Source: the human T2T-CHM13v2.0 reference genome, Homo sapiens
Strand: one strand, 5' to 3'
Assembly: GCF_009914755.1 (NCBI RefSeq)
Contig: NC_060934.1
DNA: 64,000 nucleotides
Part shown: piece by piece, positions 1-16,006 of the stretch
Layout of the letters: every line of letters begins with the position of its first letter
Position numbering within the stretch: position 1 is the stretch's first letter
Position numbers and translations under genes: made by a program
The notes under the pieces: generated by a model
The model's database searches: none
What the model saw: the letters and a program-made list of their open reading frames with translations, nothing else
Told to the model about the DNA's origin: nothing

Positions 1-1756
1 ACTGGATTTAGTTTACGGCTTTTGAGCAAAAGTACCAAATTGAAGTCAGAGTTAGGTCCTTCATAGTTAAAGCCACCCATGTAAGGTGAAGAGAGGGGTT
101 TATCCTCCTGAAATTGTCAGTATGGCCATGTTGATCCAAATCTAGATGCAGCAATGGATTCTCAGCCCATTCCCATTCTAGTATACGCATCTATGTCCTC
201 AATGGAGATGCCTCAGGAACACATTTCCTGAGTTCTCTCCATATTCACAGCCGTCTAAAAAGATTCAGAAGGATTCTTTCATAAACTAGAATCTAAATCT
301 AATATGATGTGCTCCCACTCAGCCTGAAAACATAAATCTGAATCAAAAAGATATTAGAATAGATATTATATTAGTACAATATTAGCATTATAAAGCATGG
401 TCAATTAAAAAGGAAGAGCAGAGCACTATTAAGATAACACTATTTTGCAATTATTGGACAAGTTTGTAGTTAAACTCTCCTTTGAAAGCCATGGGATTCC
501 TTTACCTTACAAGAGAAGTTCTGGAATCTTTTTCTCAGGCTCCCCTTTTGCACCCTCAGCATGGTGTTAAGGGTGAATTCGATCATGCTTCTAAAAGTGT
601 TTATGTTTATCAGACTCCAGCACTCAAGAAATTGAAGCTATTTGGACTGATGTGATCAGTGATTAAGGGGGTAAACTGGCCACTTTTTGAAGGTGTTTTA
701 ACACTTTTGACCTTTAAGATGTCATCTCGTGCCTTCAAAAAGGTAATTTGCTAAATGGTACTTTTGTAACTTGAAAGAATTAATGACCACCAAAAGTGAG
801 CAAATTATTTTCTTTTTCACTTTAAGGTCAGGCCTATGGAATTGTAAGTGAGGCCATCCACCTTTCAAAGGGATTTTATTTTATGTCATTTCAGCAACTT
901 AAAAAATATCATTTCGAGAGCAGAAGAAAGCCTGGGGCTTTTGATTTTCTCTTGTACATTTTCAGATACATCTACAGAAAGAATAAGAAAACAGATTTTC
1001 TAAAATTTTAAACTGAATGTGAACCTTCTCATAGTGCCACTTTAGACCCAACAAAATCCTGAAACCTCTCATGCAGAAGCAGCGCAGCTCTTTAAACCAA
1101 GCAATAATAATAATAGCAAACATCTAACTTTTATATAACATTTTAAACTTGCAAAATGCTTTCACATCCCACGATCTTACGGTGCCAGTTACGAATTAGC
1201 TATGAAGAGCTTTTTTCTGGTCAATGGGAAAATATTTCAGCTGGACATGAAAAAAACTCTTAGCCCTCACGGTGGTAATACTAGCATGGCTTAATGAAAA
1301 AAACTGTGCAGTCATTGTCTCTGATGATAAAACAGCATATTTACATATACAATTCAATTTACTCCAACCCAATTCTTAGAGTCCAGGGAAAAGAGGCTTT
1401 CCCTCTCGTTTCTCATTTGCTAGAAGAATATCTTGCCTTTCCATCATTATTATTTATTTGTAAGGCAAATGTTGAATCACATCTTGAATTGATAGAGGCC
1501 AATGAATATAGCCCTCTCTCTTGAATATCCTATGGTATGGTTTGACAGTAAGTTAATAACTTACTGTCCTTTCAGTTTTCTGTTAATTTCATGTGTGTCA
1601 GCTTCCCCAAAGTGCTTGAAAATTCTTAAAGACAAAATTCATTCTTGAGGCTATTTTTGGATTCTCCCCAGGGACAAATCACATGTAGGACACTTAAAAC
1701 AGCTTTAATTGATCTGTGATTAACATAATTCCTGGCCTAAAGATAGTAGATACATT

Positions 1757-1916
1757 CGATCCCAAACTTGAGCATGGATTAGAATCACCTAGAGGTCTTG
1801 TTGAAATTCAATTCTGGGCCTGAACCCCAGAGTTTCTGATGTAGTCATATGGAATGAGGCTGAAATCTGCATTGCTAATGATTCCCAGGTGATGCTAATA
1901 CACTTTGAGAATCATT
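1757..1916. mobile_element. MER5A-like hAT-Charlie DNA transposon fossil
   Basis: Typical MER5 motifs AGAATCACCT..., CCCCAGAGTTTCTGAT, CCCAGGTGATGCT, CACTTTGAGAA. Confidence 0.8.
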
Positions 1917-3300
1917 AGAACAAATAAATATCATCCAAATTGTATTTGATGATATTTAAGATTTCTATCCATTTTAAAGTGGGATATAAGAGCACAAAAT
2001 ATTATTCATAGAACCAAATACAGTCAAGGAACTCAATGCTAAACCCACAAGTTAAAAGACCTAAAAGAACCCAAGCTGAGCTCCAAATATATCAGGCTAT
2101 GAATGAATAACTTTAACTGATTAATGAGAATAATAATAATTTTCTAAATGAGGCTGTATCCCACATCATTAGCACAGTTATTACCCAACTTATGAATGGA
2201 TCATATTCCACAGTGTATTTGGAATCTGATGTTTGGAACTCAAGTGTGTTTTGCCATACATAGAATGACTGTGACAAGCAATGGTCACAAGTGTCTCCCT
2301 AACACAAAATATTTCTAATATTGCCACGGGCCCTACTTACTGTGCTTCCAAAGGGAAAACTTTAGGATTTACTGCTATCCAGCACCACCCACTAAAGTGG
2401 GGTACCCAGATAGGAGAACAGGGATGGAGGAGATGGTGAGTTTTGGTTTACACACCTTACATTTGAGTTTCCTTTGCATGTCCAGGCAGTGTCCACGTGC
2501 AGCACTCTGAGAATGTGTATCTTGCATAGTCCTGCCTCCTACAAAGCCCACTCACACAACCCCTTTGCCCTCTCCCTTTGTTAGCTAGTGACTGGGGAGA
2601 CTCCAATGCTGCTTTTCTTCCAGAGCTGGGTCAATGAGTGTGGTACAGTGGAGCTGAAGAGCTCGGGGATAGCTGTGTGCCCTGTAATATAAATGGCTGA
2701 GGATATTTTTGATCTCTTTCTCTATTAATGTCTTTTCTTGCTTCCGGAGTTCCAGGCATGGACAGTCCTGCTTGGATATTTTAGCTTTTGGCAACTACAG
2801 CTTTGCTCCCTCTCCCACCTTCTCCTCTGGGCTTCCTACCATACTCTAACCCTACCATTTTCCTTTTTTATGAAGATTTGCAAAGGATTTGTAGCTGATA
2901 AAGATGGTGCTTGGGACACACATTCTCCTTCCTTTCTGGAGGAAATCTAAATGCCTGGAGCTGAGCAGGTGTTTCATGTCGAGAAAGAGAAGAATATCTG
3001 GGGATAGGGCATTAAATGATGAGAGGACCAGGATAAGGAAACCAGAGGCTGGCCTGAATCACTACAGTAAGTCAGTGAGTTCCCAGCAGTCCTGTATCCC
3101 CGTGCCCCGGAGCCCAGGTCACCAGTAAGGTCTCTATCATTGTGAGGTAAGGGACAGGTGAAGAAAGCAATCATTACCAGCAAATCAGAAAGTAAAACGA
3201 ATTCCTGTAGCCACTTGACTGGAATAGTTTGGGATGAACCAGAAGAGTTATTTGAAGTGAAATGCCTGAATGGATTTCATTGATTACCAATTCATACCCT

Positions 3301-3709
3301 TGTTAAAAGAAAAATTCTAGACAAATTAAATTTAACAGAGTTTAATTGAGCAAAGAACAATTCGAGAACCGGGCAGCCCCACGAACAAAAGTACCAAAGT
3401 AGGTTCACGGGGACTCCGGTGCTGCCACGTGGTCAGAGGGTGTTTATGGACAGAAAAAGGAAAATGACCTACAGAACATGGGAGGGAGGCACAGAGACAG
3501 CTGGCTGGGTGACAGCGGGGCATTTGCTTTATTTGAACAGTTTGAACAGGTGACCGCCTGGGATTGGGCTGAAACTCAATGGTTGGTACGAGAGTAGGTT
3601 CCAGTCTGTTTACACATCTGGTTAGGTTAGAGGTCACTATATAGGAGAAACTTTTAGGCTGAACTTAAAATATATAAGGAGGCCGCTTTAGACTAGGCTT
3701 GACTGAACA
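3301..3709 (-). mobile_element. Solo ERV1 LTR, MER57 family
   Basis: TGTTAA...AACA termini. AGACAAATTAAATTTAACAGAGTTTAATTGAGCAAAG and GGCTGAACTTAAAATAT match the reverse MER57 consensus as recalled. Confidence 0.8.
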
Positions 3710-3745
3710 CTTTCCTACTCCTCATTTTCACATAGAATTACAGAC

Positions 3746-4170
3746 TGTGTTAGTCCCAGTACTTTGAGAAGTAGGCATCGAGAGGGAAATAAACATGCAA
3801 GGATTTCATTCGGGGGAAATGCCTGTATGAGAAAATGGGGTGGGAGCCAGAAAAGGCGGGGAGGGTGGTGAGGCCACAATACATGTGTGACCCTGAGTGC
3901 AGGAAGGTGGGCGCCAGCCTCCTAGTTTGCCGTGCAGCCTAAGAAACATACAGCAAGGCTGCTGGAGGGGCCTCGGGCTGAACGGGCCTGCCTTAGTGTT
4001 CCTGCCACCTTCAATCAATGGCTGGGAGCTCCCAGTGGGAAGCAAGACCTGGGAGCAAATACACTGATGGATTTCAGAGCCCAGCAGCTGGGGCCCTGGG
4101 TCAGCCATGACTGGAGTTCGGCCAAGGGTATGTCCTCCACATAGACAGATAGCCGAAGTGTCTTGGGACA
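3746..4170 (-). mobile_element. ERVL LTR, LTR16-like
   Basis: GGGGGAAATGCCTGT...GGAGCCAG, CCTGCCTTAGTGTTCCTGCCA, GATGGATTTCAGAGCCCAGCAGCTGGGG resemble LTR16. Diverged, boundaries approximate. Confidence 0.6.
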
Positions 4171-4232
4171 AATGTAAACCTAACAGTTGTGCTTTGCAAT
4201 GGGGATGCTGTAATATGAGTTATTAAGGTAAG

Positions 4233-4252
4233 CACACACACACACACACACA
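4233..4252 (+). repeat. (CA)10 microsatellite
   Basis: Seen directly. Confidence 0.95.
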
Positions 4253-5410
4253 CCCCATTTTATTATCTCTAGTACTGAGGGAGAAAAAAATGTAAGTTAT
4301 TAAAATCCAACAGGACCTGAAATCTGTACTTTAAGCCTAGAGTTTCAACCCAGCCCCTCTGGGTTGGTTTTAAGAACTGGGAAGGAGCAACAGGAACTGT
4401 CTAGTCCTCACTTTTTTCTCAGAGGTTATAGAAAGGTCAACAAAACGCACAGGGTGGCCACCAGAGTTGATAAGGGAGGGCTGGGAAAGAGCCCCAACTC
4501 TGCTAAATCATCAAGAATTGACAGCGCATCTTTTTTTTTGTTCATGATTGCCAAAATGTTTATTGTTTTGACCCAGAAAAAAATTCTTGGCTTGTAAATT
4601 TGGAGCACCTAGTTTTTCATTTTCTATAAACAATCTGTGTTCCATTCCACTGGGTGGAATGCGTGATGATGTTTAGAATACCAGCTGCCACCTAGCAATG
4701 TTCCCAAAGTTAAATATGCGTATATCATGCTGTATTTTAAATTATGTAAATAATTTGCTTTCTGTTTCTCCTGTTGTCGAAATGGAGAAATGAGCACTTA
4801 TTGTTTCTAAAACCCAATGAGTATTGTATATTTTATTGCTGTCTGTGTGAAGTGGGAGTGTACAGGGAGCAGGGTTTCTTTTAGATGACTTTTGAAAAGC
4901 GTAACTAATATAAAGATTCCAGTAAGGACATATGTGCATTGTATTCTAATTGTATTGCACTTCACTCTGTGTTCTTATGGGCTTAAAATAATGTATAGCA
5001 AAGATAAGAGTATATTAATGGATTTTACTAAAAGTGGTGAAAAGAAAAAAAAAAACATTCATTTATCGTGGTGGGACCATTGCTTCATGCTCAATATTAC
5101 TTTTCCTGGCAAAGAATCCATAGACTAAAGGTCAAACCATTATGGTTATGGATAAAGTTGTTATTCATGATGTTTAAGGAGATACATTTCTAATGACTGG
5201 AGCTAAAATGAATAATAAGTTATAATGACTCTAAGAATAACAGGCCTTTTTTTCTTGTTCAAAATGAAAATGCACTATCTAGTTCTAATAATGTGCAAAT
5301 GGGATGAACAAAGACCTTGCTTTTTCTGATAGGGATAACAGCTAAGATTATGATTGCGATGATGATTATGACAAGAGTATCTGGGGACAACTTCAAAATG
5401 TGGGACTTGG

Positions 5411-5584
5411 AATACAAAAATTAGCTGGGTGTGGTGACATGTGCCTGTAGTCCCAGCTACTCAGGAGGCTGAGGCAAGAGAATCACTTGAACCTGGGAGG
5501 CGGCGGTTGCAATGAACCAAGATTGTGCCATTGCACTCCAGCCTGGGCAACAGAGCAAGACTTTAAAAAGTCTGAAAAAAATAA
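5411..5584 (+). mobile_element. 5'-truncated AluS (right arm only) with TSD
   Basis: Starts at the A-rich linker AATACAAAAATTAGC. Flanked by the duplication GTGGGACTTGG (5400-5410 and 5585-5595). Confidence 0.92.
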
Positions 5585-6345
5585 GTGGGACTTGGGCAAA
5601 CCCCAAAAAGTATGGAGTGAATTCCACTAAGTCACAGGTTGGGGGTAGGCATTAAGGAGAAACATCAGGGGTGAGTGATCTCTAAGAACTGTGACTAGGA
5701 AGGGCTTCCAGTAGATGGAGAAGGCATATTTTATCATATGAAATGGAGACTTAGCCCTTAAGTAGATTAATTGTAGATTAGTCTGTCTCTTTAGTTTACA
5801 TACCAATAACAAATAAACTATAAACATCCCCGTTGTGCTACACATACAAAGATACACACAATATTGCATTCCTTCTCCCTGTTTCTATCTCCTTCTCCCT
5901 CCCCTCCCTCTCCCCTTCCCCATTCTCTGTCATTGTGCACACTTATTATTCAGGCACTACACATAAAGGAAGGAATGGTCTGGATGTTTCTTTGCCTCAG
6001 AATACATATCAAATATAGATGCATTCCCTAAAAGAATAGATCTAAAGTCATGTGTGGTTACTTGAGCTCTATTTCCATACAAGCCTTTCCCACATAAACG
6101 AAGGTGTTTATCCCTCATGTCTGTGGCAATTAAAGAGATGTAGATTTAAGGGTCCTGCTCCATCTATAGGGAGTTGGGTGGTGCTGGTGTCATAGTTTAC
6201 CAATGTACTACCTAATACTTGTTGTTTAAACACTTAATTTGGGATGGGGAGGAACTTTCTCTTTCTGATAGGGAAGACAAGGATGCTTCACCAAGCCATG
6301 GAGGGGGGCGGCTTCTAATGGAAATAACTACAATGACATCTTTAG

Positions 6346-6683
<338 letters not shown>

Positions 6684-7537
6684 TGATTTTTTTTAATATG
6701 ATTGGCTGAAGGATTAAAGTGGAATGTTAAAGAGGAAACCCATCGAAAAGCTTTTGTTGATGCAGCCTGCTTAGAACAGAAATGGTCTGTAGAAATGTCC
6801 TTTGGATGCATCTAAATCCCAGTATTCACATTTGTTCCAAAACCAAGAGATAGCTAGTGAGTTCTTGCTTTGAATTGCACAGACCTGCAAAACCTTTAAA
6901 ATAATTGTTTCTAAAATATTACCCAAAGCACTGATTATTTCACATCTTTAAATGGTAAACAGTAATCACTGATAACAATTCTCATTTTCTTTCCAGATCC
7001 TGGTCTTGTAGAAATCCTTGACTCACCTCTTCATTCCAAATTAGCAAAATGAGCAACATGTAATTTTTTTTATCTACAGGATTTGGGTTTGTTCTGACTT
7101 GTCTAATTACACTCTTCAATTCACCAAAAGTAGACTGTGTGTTTCATTAGTCTCCTTTTCTTTTTTTGGATAGAAAAAGAAAACTTTGTTTTCTTTTCTT
7201 TGTGTAAGTTGAGATATAGAAAGTCAAGTAATTTAAAATTCAAAAAAAAAAATCCCATAGTCAATTAGACATCCTATCCCATGGAACTGATGACATTGAA
7301 TGAAGGGAGTATTATAATAGCTAAAAGTGAAAAGTGCTAGAATTCCGATCCTAAAAGTTGTTTTTTGGGTGTACTCTGTTTTTTAGCCTCTCTCAACTCC
7401 TTCTCCTTGGGCTCCCATCCCTTTGGAGTGGCTTTCGTTCCCTGCCTCCTTGTCATATCTGCTTCTCTGGCTGCTCCTTCCTGGTCCAAGTCAAAGGCTG
7501 CCTCTTGGAAGGAGCTCTGCCCTGTCCTCCCAACTAG

Positions 7538-9110
<1,573 letters not shown>

Positions 9111-9320
9111 TCCATGAGTGGCCCTCAGAGAGCTACCTTCCTCAGAAAACATGGGGACATGGTAGATTTTGCCTGTGTCTTCCCTCCCTACATCATCAGC
9201 ACTACAACGAAGGCACAACAGGATGATCACATGATAGATGGAAAGATGTGAAGGGAGGGTCGAGATGTTTTTAATGGCAAAGAATGTGAAACCCTGAGGA
9301 GAATAGTTAAAGCAGAAGGC

Positions 9321-9642
<322 letters not shown>

Positions 9643-9903
9643 TTAGGGGATATGACTCCTGGGTCCCAGCACCCCACGCCTGACATCCCACCTCAGCAGA
9701 GGCAAGATTTCACTAAGTGTAAGAGCTTTGTGGCATTTTTAGAGTGTTATACCCCTCACGCCCACCCATGCCAGGTTCTCCTGCAGACCACGCTTAAAAG
9801 CCTGCCTACTCACCATGTGGAAGAGGCAGGGCGTGAGTGGGAGGACCAGTTGCCAGCTCTTTAAAGATAGCCCTGATGTAATACACAACAGCATGACCCA
9901 GAA

Positions 9904-10179
9904 AGTCTCACTCAAATGCCTAGGCTGGACTGCAGTAGCTCAGTCATAGCTCACTGCAGCCTCAACCTCCCAGGCTTAAGCCATCCTCCCGCCTCAGCCT
10001 CCTGAGTAGCTGAGAGTACAGGCATGTGCCACCACACCTGGCTAATTTTTTTTATGTTTTGTAGAGATGACATCTCATTCTGTTGCCTGGGCTGGTCTCG
10101 AACTTCTGCGCCCCAACTACCCTCCCCCTGCAGCCTCCCAAAGTGCTGGGATTACAGGCATTAGCCACCCTGCCTTGCC
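9904..10179 (-). mobile_element. AluJ lacking its poly(A) tail
   Basis: Reverse Alu with J-type ATAGCTCACTGCAGCCTCAACCTCC. Confidence 0.92.
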
Positions 10180-10317
10180 AATGTGACTCAGGTTTTCCTT
10201 TGAGCCCCAGGGTCCTGCTGCCTTGCTGATTTGGGGTTTTACTTTCCAACTCCATTTTTGGTACCTTTCCCCCACATCATTCTAATTTTTCTAATTAGAT
10301 ATTCAGTAACTTCAGGG

Positions 10318-10540
10318 AAGCATAGATAAATGGAACATGGACTTTGGGGTCAGACACATCTATACCAGAATCTCAGCTCTCCCACTTTAGTTAGGGTGAC
10401 TTTGGACATGGCATTTAGAATCCTCTGTAAACTGAGTATAGAAATATCTACCTTACAAGGGAGCTGTGAGGACTGAATGAGATAATTTATGATGTGTGCC
10501 GAGCACACAGTAGTTATTCAATAAATGGTGGTTAATATCA
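10318..10540 (+). mobile_element. MIR
   Basis: GGACTTTGGGGTCAGAC...GTGACTTTGGAC...GTGAGGACTGAATGAGATAA...CAATAAATG. Confidence 0.8.
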
Positions 10541-11435
10541 TTTTTTATGTTAGATTCCTCTGTTTCCTAGGCCCATTCCTTCACTAGTATTAGCAGATCA
10601 ACATATATAAAAGATACAGTGAATTATCTCACCAAAAGATTCTCATCTTAATTAAAAGTTTTCACATAATTTTCTCTCTAACTGTAGTTAGAGAGAGGTG
10701 TTAGAAACAGTAAGCCTGAAATTCAATACTTAGATAAATAGAAAGGACAAGGTATTTAGTGTCTCCATAAGATAGACTGGATTTGGGTTCTAAAGCCTCA
10801 TTTGAGTCTCTTACATAATAAAAAATCTATGAAATGTAATTGATCAAACTCAAGGAGATGAAGAGTCATGCACTGACTCTGCCGGGATTAGAATTTCAGG
10901 TTTTAAACAGCCTAGGCTAGCAAACCTGAAGCTTACTTCACTAAGCCATCCCCTCTGGTTACGTGATTATGTATAGCAATTTACTATCAGTGAAAGGAGA
11001 AGAAATGCTTGCTGGCTGTATTGCTATTTTTCCCAGCCCCACCTCTCAACTATGGTATCGAAATTAAGTATATACCATCTTAGACACATTGAGCCCTGCC
11101 TGGTCAAATTCTCATGAACCAAGACTGAAATTAATTTTCAGCACACAATGCAGAGGTGAACTTCTGTTTTTATCATAAAGGAAGGCAAACCATAGAGTGA
11201 TTTTACAGTGTCTTGACTCAAAAACCTATCTTCCCATATTGGCAGAACAGCATTGTGATATTTATCTGCAAATGAATGGTCCCTTGTAATCAACAGTAGA
11301 TAAAGGCTGAAGAAGAATGACATCAATTCTTAGTTTTCAGGGATGTAGCCTCAGGAGCACAGGTTTTATATTTGGATAGTCCTGGTGTCAAATGCTGTCT
11401 CTCACTTCCTTTGTGGCTATGTGACTTGGAACACA

Positions 11436-11745
11436 TTTTTTTCTCCCAAGGCACAGTCTTGCTCTGTCACCCAGTCTGCAGTGCAATGGTGCAATCATGG
11501 CGTACTGCAGCTTCAACCTCCCAGATTCAAGCAGTCCTCTTGCCACAGCCTCTGGAGTAGCTGGGACCACAGACATGAGCCACTACGCCCAGCTAATTTT
11601 TTAATTTTTAGTAGACACGGGGTCTCATTGTGTTGCAAAGGCTGGTGTCAAACTCCTGGGCTAAAGTGATCCTCCTGCCTCAATCCTCCCACCTAGGTCT
11701 CCCTCAAAGTGTTGAGATTACAGGGGTGAGCCACTGCGCCTGGCC
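11436..11745 (-). mobile_element. AluJ inserted next to a MIR fragment (about 11345-11435)
   Basis: Reverse Alu. TSD AACACATT at 11429 and 11746. Confidence 0.92.
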
Positions 11746-12034
11746 AACACATTGTTTAAATGATTGATTTTCTTTGATGAAAGATCCAGGGATCAGAAGT
11801 TCAAATACTTAATTTCCAATGTCAGGTCCACAAACTGACCACTCAGTTTTAATCTTCCTTACTTCTACAACTGGACCATCTAATTCATGGAGATCTTAGT
11901 ACTTGCATTTGTGATATTCACAGACACTTGTAGGTGGTTGATTAAGAGGAATCTGATTATCATTTTAAGCTAGTATTTTTGCCTAGCTTCTAATGCTAAG
12001 CACATTCACATATATGGTGGAAGGCAGATGCTGA

Positions 12035-12558
12035 TGATGCAGGACTGTGAGCCCCAAAGCTGGGCTTAACCCAGGCGGGTTCTTGGCTTCATTCAGGAAA
12101 GAAATCGAGGGCAAGCCAGTGGTGTGAGAGAGCAATCTTTTGTTGAACAGTGCTGCTCCTTGCAGAGCACAGCTGACTCATAGGCAACACACTAAGTCCT
12201 ACTTGGCAATGGTATTTATACTCCTATAAACCCACTTTCAATTACATGCAAATTAAGGGGTGGGTCAATGGAAATTGAGGGGCAGATTGTTTAGAACTTT
12301 CTGGGAAAGGGGCAGTAACTTCCAGGTTGTTGCCCTGGAAAGGGGTGGTAACTTCTGGGTCTTTGCCTTGGCATTTGTAAACTGTCATGGTGCTGGTGGG
12401 AGTGTCTTATGCTAACAAGCAATGAGAGCATCTAGGGATGCCTTTTGTCACATCTGCTGGTTTCCACTGGTGTCTTAACTTCATCCCGTTTTATCCAGAC
12501 ACTGTTTTGGTCAGCAGGGTTGTGACCAGAAAACAGGTCCTGCACATCTCCTACCTCA
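12035..12558 (-). mobile_element. Solo ERV1 LTR, LTR9-like, abutting a minus-strand MIR (about 12560-12700)
   Basis: TGATGCAGG...CCTACCTCA termini. GGGTTCTTGGCTTC, TGGCATTTGTAAACTGTCATGG and GGTGGGAGTGTCTTATGCTAA are typical of the LTR9/MER41 group. Confidence 0.78.
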
Positions 12559-14059
12559 CTATTACTCCAATTCTGCAGATCAGGAAACTTGGGCTTGGAT
12601 ATATTCAATGACATTGCCAAAGTTACACAGTGGGTGATTTGTTGATCCAAGTCTAGAATGTGGGTCTTTTGACTGCATCAAATGCCTGTTCTCAGAACTA
12701 CAGGGCTCTGTTGTAGACAGAGTCGTTATCTATCTGTGTATATCTTCATGAAATTAGTATGTCTCATTTCACGTCAGGCTTGGTCTTTTTTTTTATGTTA
12801 AGCCATTTTACCCTACTCTTTTTTTCATGCCTTTAGTTTCAGAGGGAAAACCTGAAGATCACCTTTCATTTTGCTCCTTTTTCTTGTCTTCCCCTTTCTG
12901 GGTTCAAGATCTGGTTCCATTTCTGATTCTCAGGTTCCTAATCAGTTAAAATGATACGATGCACCTAACAAGGCTTTGGAAATTGCAAAATGCTTATAAA
13001 GTATTGATGATCATTATTATGACTAAGCTTGCAATTCAAACCACAGATCTGTATTTGTTCATATTCAGTGTCATTTCCTTCACCTTTCAGGGTCTGACTT
13101 CCTGAAATTTCCCCTCTCTTCCCTCGAACTAACTCAAAATGCCGCTCACTTGCACCACTGGGCATCTCTCTTGTCCCCTGTCATGTGTCGTGTCTCATCA
13201 TTGTGCATTTCCAGATAACCCTTCTTCTGCCTAAACGGCTCAAGCACAGACTTTTCTGCTGTCCCCATCACTGACTTATTTTTGAGTACAGATCCCACCT
13301 ATATGACTGTGTCCCAGAAAGAAATTCTGACACCTAAAAGAGTTCCTGCTGGTTAATATCCTTCTGTCAGGAGCTCTGCCCTGATTTAGACCAATTCTTG
13401 ACAGCTTCCCACGGGCAAACACCTGCAAAAAAAACTGCCAGTAGCCACAGGTGGATTCCAGAACCTGAAGCTGATCTGAGTTTGAGAGCTCACGGATTCT
13501 TCCTGAAATTGTTTTGGAAAAGTGAGGGGAACATCAGCTCCCTGCAAGTCATTTTGTTATTCCAAGGGAACAAGAATTCAGAACATCTGTTGTTTCAGAG
13601 GTGTTTACACAGACACTTAGTGATGCTGCAGGTCCACGATGTTTGCCAGTTATTTCCAAATACTATATCAGCAAGAAGTATCTTTAGTCTTTGGGGGATA
13701 TTGTACACAGCAGACACATTGTTGACATCTGGCAGGTTCATATGCAACCACTGAGATCTTTCAAAACAAAACTGTTGCAAAGGATATTTAAACCCAGAAT
13801 GTCAGTTGGGAATAAAATGTTCCCTTCTTTGACTGTCTTTCCTGGTGTGAAATGTACAAATTTTAAAGATTAGAAATGAGTCAATTTAGATATTCTGAAA
13901 CACAGAAAGAGAAAGAAAGCATTTTTCTGAATGTCATCCCCTTCTAAAATTATGGGGAAATCTTTGCAGTTTCTTTAAAGGAAAATGGAAGAATTTGGTA
14001 CGTTTTGTACATTCTCTTCACTGGACTCATTCAGGTACATAACTGCCTTTCTGGCAGTT

Positions 14060-14275
14060 CACTGTCATGTGCCCTGGAATTGGATTAGGCTCAAATTCTG
14101 ATTCTACCACTTCACAGCTGTGTGGTTCTGAGCAGTGTGTTTTAACAATTTGGGGCTTACAGTAAAAGGGGCATCTTGATTGTCCCCATCTCCTGGGATT
14201 GTTTTGAGGAATAAACATAATATGCACAAGAAGTTAAAACCAGTGCCTGGCACAGTAAATGTTAGCTCTTCTTGT
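14060..14275 (+). mobile_element. MIR
   Basis: CAAATTCTGATTCTACCACTT...GGATTGTTTTGAGGAATAAA...CAGTGCCTGGCACAGTAAATGTTAGCT. Confidence 0.75.
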
Positions 14276-15699
14276 GCTATTACATAGAAGTTAATATATG
14301 AAGAAGGAAGGTATTTTGTGTGTTTTGGGTTTGGGTTTTTTTTTGTTTTTTTTTTTTTTTTTTCCAGAGAAAGATGGTTAACATTAGGCAATTCTTTTCA
14401 GAAGTTGGTCACAGATTTACAGGAATGTGTCTATGAAATTACTGTACTTGACTCATCCTGAAATTACGTGATTCAAAAATCAAAGCAGAATGACTGCTCT
14501 TCTAGACTTCCCAAGACACTGGTTTTATGCCATTGTTCAGTTACGCAGAAAATGAATATCCAGTTTTAGCCTAATGCTTTGTACAATCCATCCTGTTTAA
14601 CACTTTTGCTGCCTCTTACAGTTCTAATAATGTAAGTCTTGGTGGAGAAGGGAAACTATTCACCTGTGAATCCATCATAAAAAATTGGTGTTAAAAACCA
14701 GGGCTAGCTCAAGAGTTTTCATTTACATTTATGCTTTTATTGACGTCTTTGATTGGTAGCCAATTAAGATGGCAAGAACAGATATAGCCCATGTAGTACT
14801 TAGGTCTCTGACGTGGTTTGTGTGTTTTAAAGACATCAAGGTGATAGGAGATTGACAACTACATGTTAATCAGTGTCCAGAATAATTGGTAATGAAAACA
14901 CAAAAGTTGTACTACACATGCCAAGAATGCAATAAAAACAACTTGAATTATTATAGGGGACACTGAAGCCATATCTCACAGTCATTAAGGAATGGATACG
15001 GAGAAGAATAAATTGGCAAGACTCAACCACTACCGATTATATGGTAGGCTAATACCCTAAGTTGCAAAACTGAATATGAAGAGAGAAGAAAACAGGCAGA
15101 TCTTTGAAAACCCAGTGTCAAAACAATATCAGTATTACTGATGAATACTAGGAAAATTAACAAAAATACTCATAAGCAAGGAATAGCTTGATGGAAGCAT
15201 ATCCCATGCCTTTTTGGAAGTTAATAGCTAGAGAATTTGGGCTCCTTGGCAGGACTCAGTTCTGTGTTGACCTTGTAGCCCATTTGCAGGATTTCAGACT
15301 TCTTATTTCTAAAATCCTGAAAAGTGTTCCCCAGGCTTCCAGTTTCAGGGCCAGTTCTCTGCCCTTGGAGAATTCCACCCCTGCCTCTCATTCTCTGCCC
15401 CCAGGTTTGGCCACCATTTTCCAGGAGAGAAAGTGATTGAAACAGGAAGCCCAAGAACAAGGAAAGAGGAAGGGTAACTGGGGCCCCTCCCACACACCCA
15501 CGTTTATGTATCAGGAGCGGTAACATTTCTATTCTCTTGACGCCAGGCCTGTGCCTTCTAACCACACAGCTGGGAGGCCACAAGAGTCACTGATTGGCAA
15601 ACCTCAGATTATAAATCTAAGAAGGAATGACAGGGGAGAGCAGTGGAAATTTCTTAAATAATTATGAGTGATAATAATTCTAATAAAAATTACATCAGA

Positions 15700-16006
15700 A
15701 GCCTGACGCTGTGCCTCACGCCTGTAATCCCAGCACTTTGGGAGGCCTAGGCCGGTGGATGGCTGGAGTCCAGGAGTTCAAGACCAGCCTGGGCAACATG
15801 GTGAAACCCTGTCTCTACGAAAAATATAAAAATTAGCCGGGCATGGTGGTGCATACCTGTAGTCTCAGCTATGCAGGGGGCTGAGGTGGGAGGATAGTTT
15901 GAGCCTGGGAGGTGGAGGTTGCAGTAAGCCAAGATCATGCCACTGCACTCCAGCCTGGGCGATAGAGCCAGACCTTGTCTCTCAAAAAAAAAAAAAAAAA
16001 AAAAAA
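15700..16006 (+). mobile_element. Full-length AluJ with long poly(A)
   Basis: Alu consensus, J-type GGGAGGAT...GAGCCTGGGAGG, A-tail about 15983-16006. Confidence 0.95.
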
